35,765 nt of DNA from a virus (taxonomy: Duplodnaviria; Caudoviricetes), in IMG/VR virus record IMGVR_UViG_3300048851_000226, positions 1 through 35,765 of that record, one strand, 5' to 3'. The notes under the pieces are model-generated. The model saw only the letters and a program-made list of their open reading frames with translations. It was not told where the DNA came from and did no database searches. Positions 1-7,747 of this stretch are shown here, in pieces (position 1 is the stretch's first letter; every line of letters starts with the position of its first letter). The position numbers were made by a program, and so were the translations under genes.

Positions 1-204
1 GATCATCCAGATCGGCCACGAATATTCAGCCGCGAGCGCGCCGCCCAGCGCTCCGAACGCGGGAAGCATGGTCATCTCGACGACGACCTGCTTGCTTCCG
101 ATCGCGTCGCCGCGCTCGTATTTTTGACCCAGGCGCCCGATCTGACCGGACGCCACCGCGAAGACCATCAGCGCGAACGCGGGCCAGCTGTCTTTGATGT
201 TCAC
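1..204 (-). CDS. Putative holin, 3'-truncated by the window edge (VNIKDSWPAFALMVFAVASGQIGRLGQKYERG...)
   Basis: Not in the ORF track. GTG start overlaps the upstream TGA (GTGA, 201-204). 68 open codons with two hydrophobic segments; lies at the distal end of the late operon. Confidence 0.55.
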   Translation of the reverse strand, partial: MNIKDSWPAFALMVFAVASGQIGRLGQKYERGDAIGSKQVVVEMTMLPAFGALGGALAAEYSWPIWMI

Positions 205-704
205 GGATATGCTGCCGATACTACGCCGATCCCGACGCCCATGAGTGCGAAACCAGCACTGATAATCAGGCTGAGCGAGCGCCGTTTCGTTACCGCTGCG
301 TGGACGGCGGCCATGCCGGTACACATCGCGACCGCGCCGGCGAGGTCCATGACGCGGTCGAGCCCATCCCATCGGCCAGGCGCGCGCGCGACCAGCTGCA
401 CGACGTCGCCGACGCTGCCGAATGACAGCCCCAGCCCGAGCAGCACCATGCCGACAAACAGCAGCATGACGGACCAGGGCGTCGTGATGGCGATCAGCAA
501 CTCGGCGTATTGTCGATCGACGCTGGCCATGAACTGTCTGCGGCAGGTCGGCTTGTCGCGCCCGCCGCATCGCACCAGATGCCAGGCGCACAGTATGACG
601 GGCTTCAACCCGTGGAACCCAGCGAGTGCGAACCGGATCGACGACAGGAAGATGATCCAGACCGCGGTGATTCCGACGATGTGGATGACGGCTGGCTCGG
701 TCAT
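201..704 (-). CDS. Multi-pass membrane protein, 167 aa, lysis region
   Basis: About 4 hydrophobic helices; start/stop overlaps at both ends. Confidence 0.7.
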   Translation of the reverse strand: MTEPAVIHIVGITAVWIIFLSSIRFALAGFHGLKPVILCAWHLVRCGGRDKPTCRRQFMASVDRQYAELLIAITTPWSVMLLFVGMVLLGLGLSFGSVGDVVQLVARAPGRWDGLDRVMDLAGAVAMCTGMAAVHAAVTKRRSLSLIISAGFALMGVGIGVVSAAYP

Positions 705-751
705 GCTTCACCTGCCCGCGCGGCGCGTGCCGCTAGGTTGCTGTCGATCAT
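701..751 (-). CDS. 16-aa micro-ORF MIDSNLAARAARAGEA
   Basis: GGAGG Shine-Dalgarno at 757-761, 5 nt before the ATG; stop overlaps the next start (ATGA, 701-704). Confidence 0.5.
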   Translation of the reverse strand: MIDSNLAARAARAGEA

Positions 752-777
752 TGATGCCTCCAAAGGTGGTTGGGTTT

Positions 778-834
778 TTAGAAGGCCGCCCACAGCAGCG
801 CGGTAAGCAGCATGGCCGTTAGGGCGCGGATCAT
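778..834 (-). CDS. 18-aa hydrophobic micro-ORF MIRALTAMLLTALLWAAF
   Basis: ATG 3 nt after the esterase stop, AAGG upstream; almost entirely hydrophobic. Confidence 0.35.
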   Translation of the reverse strand: MIRALTAMLLTALLWAAF

Positions 835-837
835 GCG

Positions 838-2181
838 TCAGGCCTTTTTGGCGAACGGGATGATCCGAACCGTGGCGCTGCCCGCCGCGCCGAAATACGC
901 CCGACAGAACCACCCGGCCGACGTCGGGGCTTCCGTCACCACCACCGGCGCCGCGCGCGAGGTGAAGGTGAGATCTCCCTCAACCGTGCCGAACGCGCCA
1001 TTGACGTCGGGGAACGTGTCGTACTGGATCACAAACCCGGCGTTGGGTCCGATGAACCGAGCGAACGCCGAAACGCCCGTCAGGCCCGTCGCACCCGCGT
1101 CGATCGTGATCTCCGCGCCGCCCTCGAAAACGTCGCCCATCCCAATGCCCGCAAGGGTCGCCTGCTCGAGGCTGAACGCCTGCTGTGCCAGGAACGTGGG
1201 CGGCGTAGTGCCGGTGGTGATTTGCATGACGATCTCGCGCCGGCCATCGGTGCGTAGATTGGTCGAAATGACCGCCGTTGCGCCCGCTGCCTCGCGTGCC
1301 GTAGCCGTGTACCCTGCCGGGACCGTACCGGTGGCGCCCGTCCCCAGCGTGCCGCCCGTAGTGGTCGCCAGCGTCGGGTTCGCCAGCACGTCAGCGCCCG
1401 TGAACCGCAACGAGGGGGCAGTCCCGATTAGCGGCTGCATGAACGCCCAGAGCGCCACGCCTTCCGCCCGCGCGCCGCGAAGGTTGGGGTGCAAGTTGTC
1501 CTCGCTATGCCCCGACTTGAACACGAACGGATAGACGCCCGGCGCGCTGGACAGGACCGCCGGGCGCGGGTCGAACGCGGGTATGCCCTTGCTGTCCGCG
1601 TAGGCCTGCAGCAGCACGTTGAACTGGTTGAGCTGCGCCCCTGCTGCCTCGTTTAGGTACGGTTGCCCGCTGCTCGGGTTGATGCCTGCGCCCGTGTCGA
1701 GGACTGGAATCGGCTGGATCTGCTGGGCGATCAGCGCGTCGCAAATGGACTGGATATCGGCGAATGCGGTTGCCGCCGACAGGCCGGCCGCGATGCTGTT
1801 GAAGCCGCCGCGCACGACGACATATCGAGCATTCGCGGCCTTGGCTGCGGTGATGACGTCCGGTAGGCGCGCAAGCATCTGCGCGGTAGTGTTGCCAGCA
1901 ACACCAAAATTCAGGCCGTTATAGTTGATCCGGTCGCCGGAAAGAGCGCGCGCGATGCCGAGGAAGTTTCGCGACGATAGGTTGCGGTTGGCCGGGTAAT
2001 CGTTGTGGAGCGCCTGGACGCGGCTGTCGCCGAAGCCGATCACGGTACCGTTGTAGGCGCGGAATGCTGGCGTAGGCGTCGGGGTTGGAGTGGGGGTGGC
2101 GTCAGTAGCGACGAACGCGGCGCGCGACCGGGCCTTGGCCGACGACGAGCCGAAGACACGAGGGTATCGGGAGCGGGCCAT
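838..2181 (-). CDS. SGNH/GDSL-family esterase with basic N-terminal peptide, (TP)n linker and C-terminal beta-rich, possibly carbohydrate-binding domain
   Basis: All four SGNH blocks are visible: GFGDS, GVAG, GGFN, DNLHP. Confidence 0.85.
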   Translation of the reverse strand: MARSRYPRVFGSSSAKARSRAAFVATDATPTPTPTPTPAFRAYNGTVIGFGDSRVQALHNDYPANRNLSSRNFLGIARALSGDRINYNGLNFGVAGNTTAQMLARLPDVITAAKAANARYVVVRGGFNSIAAGLSAATAFADIQSICDALIAQQIQPIPVLDTGAGINPSSGQPYLNEAAGAQLNQFNVLLQAYADSKGIPAFDPRPAVLSSAPGVYPFVFKSGHSEDNLHPNLRGARAEGVALWAFMQPLIGTAPSLRFTGADVLANPTLATTTGGTLGTGATGTVPAGYTATAREAAGATAVISTNLRTDGRREIVMQITTGTTPPTFLAQQAFSLEQATLAGIGMGDVFEGGAEITIDAGATGLTGVSAFARFIGPNAGFVIQYDTFPDVNGAFGTVEGDLTFTSRAAPVVVTEAPTSAGWFCRAYFGAAGSATVRIIPFAKKA

Positions 2182-2333
2182 CAGCTCACTTTCGGTTGCG
2201 AGGTAGTGGATGCCGACGTTGCCGTTTCGGGAGGTGTCGGCGTTGGCGTGGCCGTCGTCGTTACGAAGGCAGCGCGGGATTGTGCTTTGGCGGCTGGAGA
2301 GCCGAAGACGCGGGGATAGCGTTGACGAGCCAT
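2181..2333 (-). CDS. 50-aa protein paralogous to the esterase N-terminus (MARQRYPRVFGSPAAKAQSRAAFVTTTATPTPTPPETATSASTTSQPKVS)
   Basis: GAGGA RBS; TGATG overlap with the esterase; 28/34 aa identical to the esterase N-terminus, with many synonymous codon differences. Confidence 0.8.
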   Translation of the reverse strand: MARQRYPRVFGSPAAKAQSRAAFVTTTATPTPTPPETATSASTTSQPKVS

Positions 2334-2343
2334 GTTGCTTTCC

Positions 2344-2442
2344 TCAGTTCGCGGCGGTGATGCTGATGACGGTCGCGGTGGAGGCGATCGTCATCAGCAG
2401 GGCTGGCGCGATCGCGCTCGCCCCACGGAGCAAGTCCTTCAT
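2344..2442 (-). CDS. 32-aa hydrophobic microprotein MKDLLRGASAIAPALLMTIASTATVISITAAN
   Basis: GAAAGGA RBS; its stop codon is embedded in the next gene's RBS (TGAGGA). Confidence 0.55.
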   Translation of the reverse strand: MKDLLRGASAIAPALLMTIASTATVISITAAN

Positions 2443-2478
2443 GTCGTTCCTTTCAGAGGTGGCAGGGGAGCGCGGCGA

Positions 2479-2655
2479 TCAGCCGTGCTGAACGTCGACC
2501 GACGCGACGACTTCGCGGATCCATGCGTCATTATCGATCGCCGTCTGCTCCACGTCGATCATCCCGCGAGGAAAGTAAGCAGCATAGTCGGCGCCGGTTG
2601 ATGGCGGCATCGGGTCGTAGCTGACAGAACGCCAGTTCTGCGGGTCGAAAGTCAT
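2479..2655 (-). CDS. 58-aa protein resembling an internally deleted copy of the tail-fibre C-terminal domain
   Basis: MTFDPQNWRSVSYDPMPPSTGADYAAYFPRGMIDVEQTAIDNDAWIREVVASVDVQHG. Starts 7 nt after the fibre stop; shares GADYAxY and the terminal VDVQHG with it. Confidence 0.65.
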   Translation of the reverse strand: MTFDPQNWRSVSYDPMPPSTGADYAAYFPRGMIDVEQTAIDNDAWIREVVASVDVQHG

Positions 2656-2662
2656 GGTTCAA

Positions 2663-3817
2663 TCACCCGTGCTGCACATCGACCCATGCGCGGCCATCAC
2701 GGATCGCCCAGACCTTGCCGAGACGTCGGCAGTACTGATCGAAGTTGATGTCGGGCTCGGCGATTGCGACCGCCTGAATGCCGCCGCCGTTCGCCGCGGC
2801 GATCAGGTAATCACCGACTGCGAAGTCGCCGGTGACGTTGACCGGCGCCTGACCACAGAATGCGATGCGGTCGACGCGCTCGCGCGCGACCTCCAATTCG
2901 GTTTCCCACGGCCCCATGCGCGCCGCGAATGCAACGTCGCCCTCCCCCTCTTCCTGCAGCGGCCGGGGCGGCAGGTCGGCGGCCCAGCTGTCGCCGCCGA
3001 CATAGGCCGGGTCCGTCGACTTGACGACGAAGCTGCGCGCATCCGCCCAGGTCCGCGTCAGCCTGCCGTCACTGTCTACGCCGCACACGTCGCCCGGGGC
3101 GATGGTGCCGCAGCCCGCCGCCTTGATCATGTATTCGGCATAGTCGGCGCCGCTCGCGTTGACGGTCCCGGCCGCGTTGATCGACCGGTTCGTCACGGTG
3201 CTCGAGTTCACCAGCATCGCCGCCTGCGCGCCGTTGAACCCAGCGCCGGTCGCCGAGTAGAATTGGACGCACCCGCTGTTGAGGCCTGTGAAGGAGCCGA
3301 GCAGATCGTTCTGCCCGGTACCCCTGCAGAAGGCGTGCGCTGGGAAAAAACCGATGCCGGCAAAAACACTGCCGGAGGCGTTCACGACGAAGCGGTCGAC
3401 GCCGCCGGTCACCAGCGAGAGCGCGTTCACGTCAAACCGGCGCAGTCCGGTATCCTGATCGCCTGTGAACCGTACGCCTGGCGCTGCCGCCGAACCGTCC
3501 GGGAAGAGGCCAGCGCCTACTCCATCGCGCACGACCGCGAACGTGTTGAGCAGCTGCGCCGCGCCAAGCGCGAGATCGCGCGCGAAGCTGCTCGTCGGCA
3601 TCAGCGCGTAACCCTGGGCTCCAGCCGTGCCGCCGAGGTAATTCCCACTGAGGATCAGCTGCGCCGCCGACACGACCTGGGCGACCTCGTAAACGCGGCC
3701 GTCAGGTCCGAGGAAGGCTTCACCGATCTGGGTGTTCGACACGAAGTCGGTTCCGGCGCCATTGATAACCGGACTGCCGTTGGTGACCGTGACGGTCCCT
3801 GCGCGATACCATGCCAT
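2663..3817 (-). CDS. Tail fibre/spike with putative C-terminal autocleaving chaperone (peptidase G2-like) domain
   Basis: MAWYRAGTVTVTNGS-type fibre N-terminus, DGSAAAPGVRF..DTG fibre motif, GADYAEY motif at 3131-3151; AGGAG RBS. Confidence 0.75.
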   Translation of the reverse strand: MAWYRAGTVTVTNGSPVINGAGTDFVSNTQIGEAFLGPDGRVYEVAQVVSAAQLILSGNYLGGTAGAQGYALMPTSSFARDLALGAAQLLNTFAVVRDGVGAGLFPDGSAAAPGVRFTGDQDTGLRRFDVNALSLVTGGVDRFVVNASGSVFAGIGFFPAHAFCRGTGQNDLLGSFTGLNSGCVQFYSATGAGFNGAQAAMLVNSSTVTNRSINAAGTVNASGADYAEYMIKAAGCGTIAPGDVCGVDSDGRLTRTWADARSFVVKSTDPAYVGGDSWAADLPPRPLQEEGEGDVAFAARMGPWETELEVARERVDRIAFCGQAPVNVTGDFAVGDYLIAAANGGGIQAVAIAEPDINFDQYCRRLGKVWAIRDGRAWVDVQHG

Positions 3818-3828
3818 GTAAGCTCCTG

Positions 3829-3978
3829 TCAGTTCTGGAAAGGGGCTGGCGGCGCCAGCGGTGGCTCGGGCTGAGCCGTTTCGTTCAGTTTGAGGTTCGC
3901 ATCGAGCGTGTCGGGATCGAGCGCGAAGAGGCGCCGCACAGGCCGCCCGTCAGCATCGAGCACGGTGTACCAGCTCAT
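3829..3978 (-). CDS. 49-aa hypothetical tail-region protein (MSWYTVLDADGRPVRRLFALDPDTLDANLK...)
   Basis: ATGA overlap with the upstream gene; fills the gap to the tail-fibre RBS. Confidence 0.6.
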   Translation of the reverse strand: MSWYTVLDADGRPVRRLFALDPDTLDANLKLNETAQPEPPLAPPAPFQN

Positions 3979-6900
3979 CGTTTGAACTCGGTCAGCGCGA
4001 TGGTCTGCGTGGCGCTGTAGCGGGCCGCGCCGTTGCCGCTGTCGACCGAATAGCTGACATAATAGCTACGCAGGCCTGCGGGCGGCGCGTCGATCGCGAA
4101 GAAGGACACAGGCGCGCTTTCTGGCGAAGAGGGGCAACGATAGGAACCAGACAGCGCCGTCCCGTCAGAGCGGAAAAGCTGCATCCGGAGTGCTCCGGTC
4201 CCGGCGGCGCTACGGGTTACATCGACGCAGACGTCTATCCGCACCGTCCCGCCACTGGCGTTGATACTGGTGGGGTCGCTGCTCAGGCCGCTGCCAGCTT
4301 CGATGGCGACGACCGAATGGACGCCTACGACGGTGTTCGATAGAGCTTGGCCCCGAATGTTCAGGGTGTCGATATTGGCCGTCCCGATCACCGCGTTGCG
4401 CATGCGGACGATGCCGTTGGCAATCTCGAAGATCTGGCTGCTGCCGACGATGAAACGCTCGGCCGCAACCGCGAACAGCCGCTCTTGTCCATCGACCTTA
4501 AAGCCGGTCAAGACACCGTCGATGTCGACTGTAAGCTGAGCCACGCCCGTCTGCCCGTCGGCCGAACGCAACAGGAGGTTGATCGTCGAGGTATGGCCGT
4601 CCTGCGTCGTCGAAACCTGCGACAAGGATTCCGCCAGCGCACGATCGCCATCGATCTGCGCCTGCCTGTTACTGGCAACAGTCGCGCGCACTGCCGGCAA
4701 CCCATTCTGCGGATGGTTGATCTCCGCATCGAGAACGCTGATGTCGTACGCGTTGACGTCGTCGCCATCGGAGCGAAGGCGCTGCTCTTCGATCAGCCGA
4801 GCGCGCGTTGCCGCCAGTCCGGTGTCGGCATCGTTGAACACCGCTTCGGCTGCCCGGATACGCTCGGTCAGCACCTGCGTCGTATCTGCCAGCACCTTCG
4901 ACGTGTCGACGATCGCCGCCTCGGCAACGCCAATTCGCGCGAGCAACGCCTGCCGCGCGATCGCCGACGCCGCGTCGTTCGCAACCAGCGTCGTCGAAAA
5001 CTCCGTCTGGATCTGCACGATCTGCTTTGCCTTGGCGCGGCCGTCCTGATCGCCCGCAATCACCGCGCGCAGCAGAGCCTCAGCGCCATCGTCGGCATCG
5101 CTCGCCTGCTGGCGTATCGTGGTCGAAATCCCCGCAATCCCGGTACCGTTCGCGATAGACGCCTTTGACAGGGTCGCGATCGCGGCGGCTTGCAGGTCAT
5201 CGGCAATGCCAAGCGCGTCGATGCGCTGGCCGAGCAGACCGTCTTTCTCGATGCGTACCCGGGTCTCTTCCACCGATCGCGCGTCGAGCGCGCCGATCTG
5301 AACCGACAGGAGCGTCCGCGCGAATGCCTCCGCCGATCGCGTGTCCTCCAGCTTGGCGAACATCTCCTGGCGGATCTCCGCCTGCTGCGTGATCTGCCGC
5401 CGGCTGGCAGCGTCGCTGGACAAGATCGAGCGCAACGTCGCCTCGGCCGCGTCATCGGCCACGGCGCGTGCCTGGCGGATCGTGACCGAGATCCCCGACG
5501 CATCGCCGATCGTCGACAGCGTCTGCTCGACAGAGCCAAGGCGGGCGCCGTGCAGGTCGACTGTCGTCTGTTCGGCCTTGGTCGATACCGTACCGGCAAG
5601 CGCGTCGAGATCCTGCTCTACTGCCGACACTTTCCCGCCGACCGCCGTCAGGTCGGTAACCGATGCCTTCAGCTTGACCGCCGCGTTGAGGCCGTCGATG
5701 GTCGTCTCCGCCTCGACCAGGCGCTTGATGATCGGCTCGAGCTCGGCGGCCTGGGCCGGATCCAGAACCGCAAGGGCGATCTGCTCACCGACATAATCGA
5801 CCGATGCTTTGGTCGAGATGAGCGCCTTCTGGCCATCGATGGCGACTTCGGCGCGCGAGGTTCGCTCTTCGAGCTGGTCGAACGAGTAGAACCGCACGAT
5901 GCCGGTCACCTCATCGACGACGAATCCCGCATCGCGCAGCACGGCCCGGGTCCGGCTGCTCTCCGACAGCAGGCGAAGCAGCGTCTCATCCAAGCGCCCG
6001 GCATCGCGATCGATCTGACGAAGCGCGGCCTCGTGATCGACAGTCGCATCCTTAAGCGACCCCAGCGCCGCGTCGGTCCCGACCTTCGCTTCTTTCAGCG
6101 CGGAAATAATGCTCTCGATCGGCGCGAACTTTTCGAGCGTCGCCAGCAACTCCGTTGCCGGCTTCCCGCCAACTGCGTTCGTATCCTTGGACGTGTTCTC
6201 GCCGGTGACGTCGGCGTTGTTGTGCGGCTTGGTGCCGTCCGGATCGGCGATGTCCGGCCACGCTACGCCGGCTCCCAGCGGCTTCACTGGCGCTGCCGTG
6301 CTCAATCCCTCAATCGACAGCGACAGCTTGCTGAGCGTCTCGCCCACCTCGATCGAGAAATCCTTGAAGAACCCGTAGACCGTCAGGGCGTCGATCCCGG
6401 CCTGCCCGATCCACAACGATGGGCGCGCGCGGACCGCGGCGATGCGGTTGGCGACGACGTCGATCGCATCGGTGCGGATCAGCGCCTTGGCTGCCATCTT
6501 CTTCGACCAGGCACGCTCGACGATCGCCACGTCCCCGAAGTCGTCGACAGTCTTCTTGCTGAAGTCGGTGATCCCAGCAGTCGGCGATGCCTCGGTGATG
6601 CCGAGCGAGACGACGCGGCCGATCAGCAGCGTGCCGACCGAGACCGTGCCCGGGCCAGCGATCGTCACCGTGACCTGCCCGGCTGCCGGCAGATCGAGGA
6701 GCGTGATCGCGCCGGCGCTGGCCGCGAGCGTGCGGTCGTAGCCGTTCGCCTGGACGCGCACCGTCGCGGCCGAAACATCGAGTAGCGCGACGGCGCCGGC
6801 GGTACCGGCGTCGAGCGTGACGACGATCGAGCCGGCCGCGCTGGTCGACGTGCCAAGCGCCTGATCGAACATCGCCCAGCGGTTGGTCGGGCCGACGTCG

Positions 6901-7508
6901 AGCCATTTGCCCGACGGACCCGCCGGGTCGTTGCCGGCGTTCGTGCCGACGAGGCTCTCGTAGATCCGGTGCGTCGCAGCCTTCATCACGCGCGCGCCGA
7001 TTGGGTAGCTCGTCGCGCCCGCCCATTCGGCCGCATCGTTCTGGGCGACGTTGCTCGCGACGAGTACGCTGTTCGTCATGACGACCGGCTGCAGCAGCTG
7101 CAGCGTCGAAGGCATGCCGTCCGGTGCGGGGTCCCCGCCGGCGTCGGCCGGCGCCGCGGCTTCGGCCAGACCCTCGACTGTCAGCGTACAATAGCTGAGC
7201 GGCCGGGTCGCGATGTCCAGATCGAAGTCCTTGAAGAACCCGCGCACCGACAGGCTTGCGAACCGATCGTCAGCAACCCAGAGCGCCGAGGTCGCGCGCA
7301 GACCCGCCAGACGCCGCTGCAACGCGTCGACGTCGGTGAACGGCAAAGCCAGCTTGACGGACATGCGCCGAGAGAAGCTGCGCTCGACGACGGTCGTGAC
7401 GCCGAAGTCGTCGGTGACCCGCCGGCTGAAATCAGTGATGCCGATGGTCGGCCGCGTCTCGACCGCGCCCAGCTGAAAGGTGTCGCCGCCGGCGGTGATT
7501 ACCCTCAT
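3975..7508 (-). CDS. Large tail-tip/central fibre protein, 1177 aa: duplicated ~100-aa domain, CBM5/12-like segment, long coiled coil, J-like C-terminus
   Basis: Follows the tape measure; W..ATSY.IG.RV...IYES motif; GF...FAVAAERFIV segment resembling J-protein C-termini. Confidence 0.8.
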   Translation of the reverse strand: MRVITAGGDTFQLGAVETRPTIGITDFSRRVTDDFGVTTVVERSFSRRMSVKLALPFTDVDALQRRLAGLRATSALWVADDRFASLSVRGFFKDFDLDIATRPLSYCTLTVEGLAEAAAPADAGGDPAPDGMPSTLQLLQPVVMTNSVLVASNVAQNDAAEWAGATSYPIGARVMKAATHRIYESLVGTNAGNDPAGPSGKWLDVGPTNRWAMFDQALGTSTSAAGSIVVTLDAGTAGAVALLDVSAATVRVQANGYDRTLAASAGAITLLDLPAAGQVTVTIAGPGTVSVGTLLIGRVVSLGITEASPTAGITDFSKKTVDDFGDVAIVERAWSKKMAAKALIRTDAIDVVANRIAAVRARPSLWIGQAGIDALTVYGFFKDFSIEVGETLSKLSLSIEGLSTAAPVKPLGAGVAWPDIADPDGTKPHNNADVTGENTSKDTNAVGGKPATELLATLEKFAPIESIISALKEAKVGTDAALGSLKDATVDHEAALRQIDRDAGRLDETLLRLLSESSRTRAVLRDAGFVVDEVTGIVRFYSFDQLEERTSRAEVAIDGQKALISTKASVDYVGEQIALAVLDPAQAAELEPIIKRLVEAETTIDGLNAAVKLKASVTDLTAVGGKVSAVEQDLDALAGTVSTKAEQTTVDLHGARLGSVEQTLSTIGDASGISVTIRQARAVADDAAEATLRSILSSDAASRRQITQQAEIRQEMFAKLEDTRSAEAFARTLLSVQIGALDARSVEETRVRIEKDGLLGQRIDALGIADDLQAAAIATLSKASIANGTGIAGISTTIRQQASDADDGAEALLRAVIAGDQDGRAKAKQIVQIQTEFSTTLVANDAASAIARQALLARIGVAEAAIVDTSKVLADTTQVLTERIRAAEAVFNDADTGLAATRARLIEEQRLRSDGDDVNAYDISVLDAEINHPQNGLPAVRATVASNRQAQIDGDRALAESLSQVSTTQDGHTSTINLLLRSADGQTGVAQLTVDIDGVLTGFKVDGQERLFAVAAERFIVGSSQIFEIANGIVRMRNAVIGTANIDTLNIRGQALSNTVVGVHSVVAIEAGSGLSSDPTSINASGGTVRIDVCVDVTRSAAGTGALRMQLFRSDGTALSGSYRCPSSPESAPVSFFAIDAPPAGLRSYYVSYSVDSGNGAARYSATQTIALTEFKR

Positions 7509-7747
7509 GCGAACACCAACACGCGTCGCGAGCCGACTAGCGCATCGAAATACATCGCGGTAGCGGCCGTCACAGGATGCCAGTCAGCTAGGTGAGGTTC
7601 ATGACCGACGATTCCCCTCCGCCCCCGCGAAAGTTCGTGCCGGTCGCCAACTCGGACGAACAGCGCAAGCAAACGGCTTTGCTTGAGGCGATTCTTGCAG
7701 AATTGCAGTCCATTGGACGGAAGCTTGCTGAGTAACATGGTGCTCAC
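7505..7747 (-). CDS. 80-aa ORF bridging the tape measure and tail-tip genes (may be only a coupling ORF)
   Basis: GTGA and ATGA overlaps at both ends, but the sequence is not obviously protein-like. Confidence 0.3.
   Translation of the reverse strand: MSTMLLSKLPSNGLQFCKNRLKQSRLLALFVRVGDRHELSRGRRGIVGHEPHLADWHPVTAATAMYFDALVGSRRVLVFA
7601..7735 (+). CDS. 44-aa antisense microprotein (MTDDSPPPPRKFVPVANSDEQRKQTALLEAILAELQSIGRKLAE), moron-like
   Basis: GGTGAGG RBS; clean amphipathic C-terminal helix; lower-GC insert. Confidence 0.5.
   Translation: MTDDSPPPPRKFVPVANSDEQRKQTALLEAILAELQSIGRKLAE

Noticed and set aside
124-1534. + strand ORFs 124..822 and 812..1534
   Set aside because: Antisense to the membrane and esterase genes; Ser/Pro/Arg-rich composition typical of spurious frames.
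2060-2100. (TP)n tract as a phase-variable repeat
   Set aside because: Codons are heterogeneous; it is a protein linker, not a perfect microsatellite.
2479-2700. Diversity-generating retroelement or shufflon suggested by the repeated fibre C-terminus
   Set aside because: No reverse transcriptase or invertase in the window; DNA similarity is limited to two short direct blocks and the differences are not adenine-specific.
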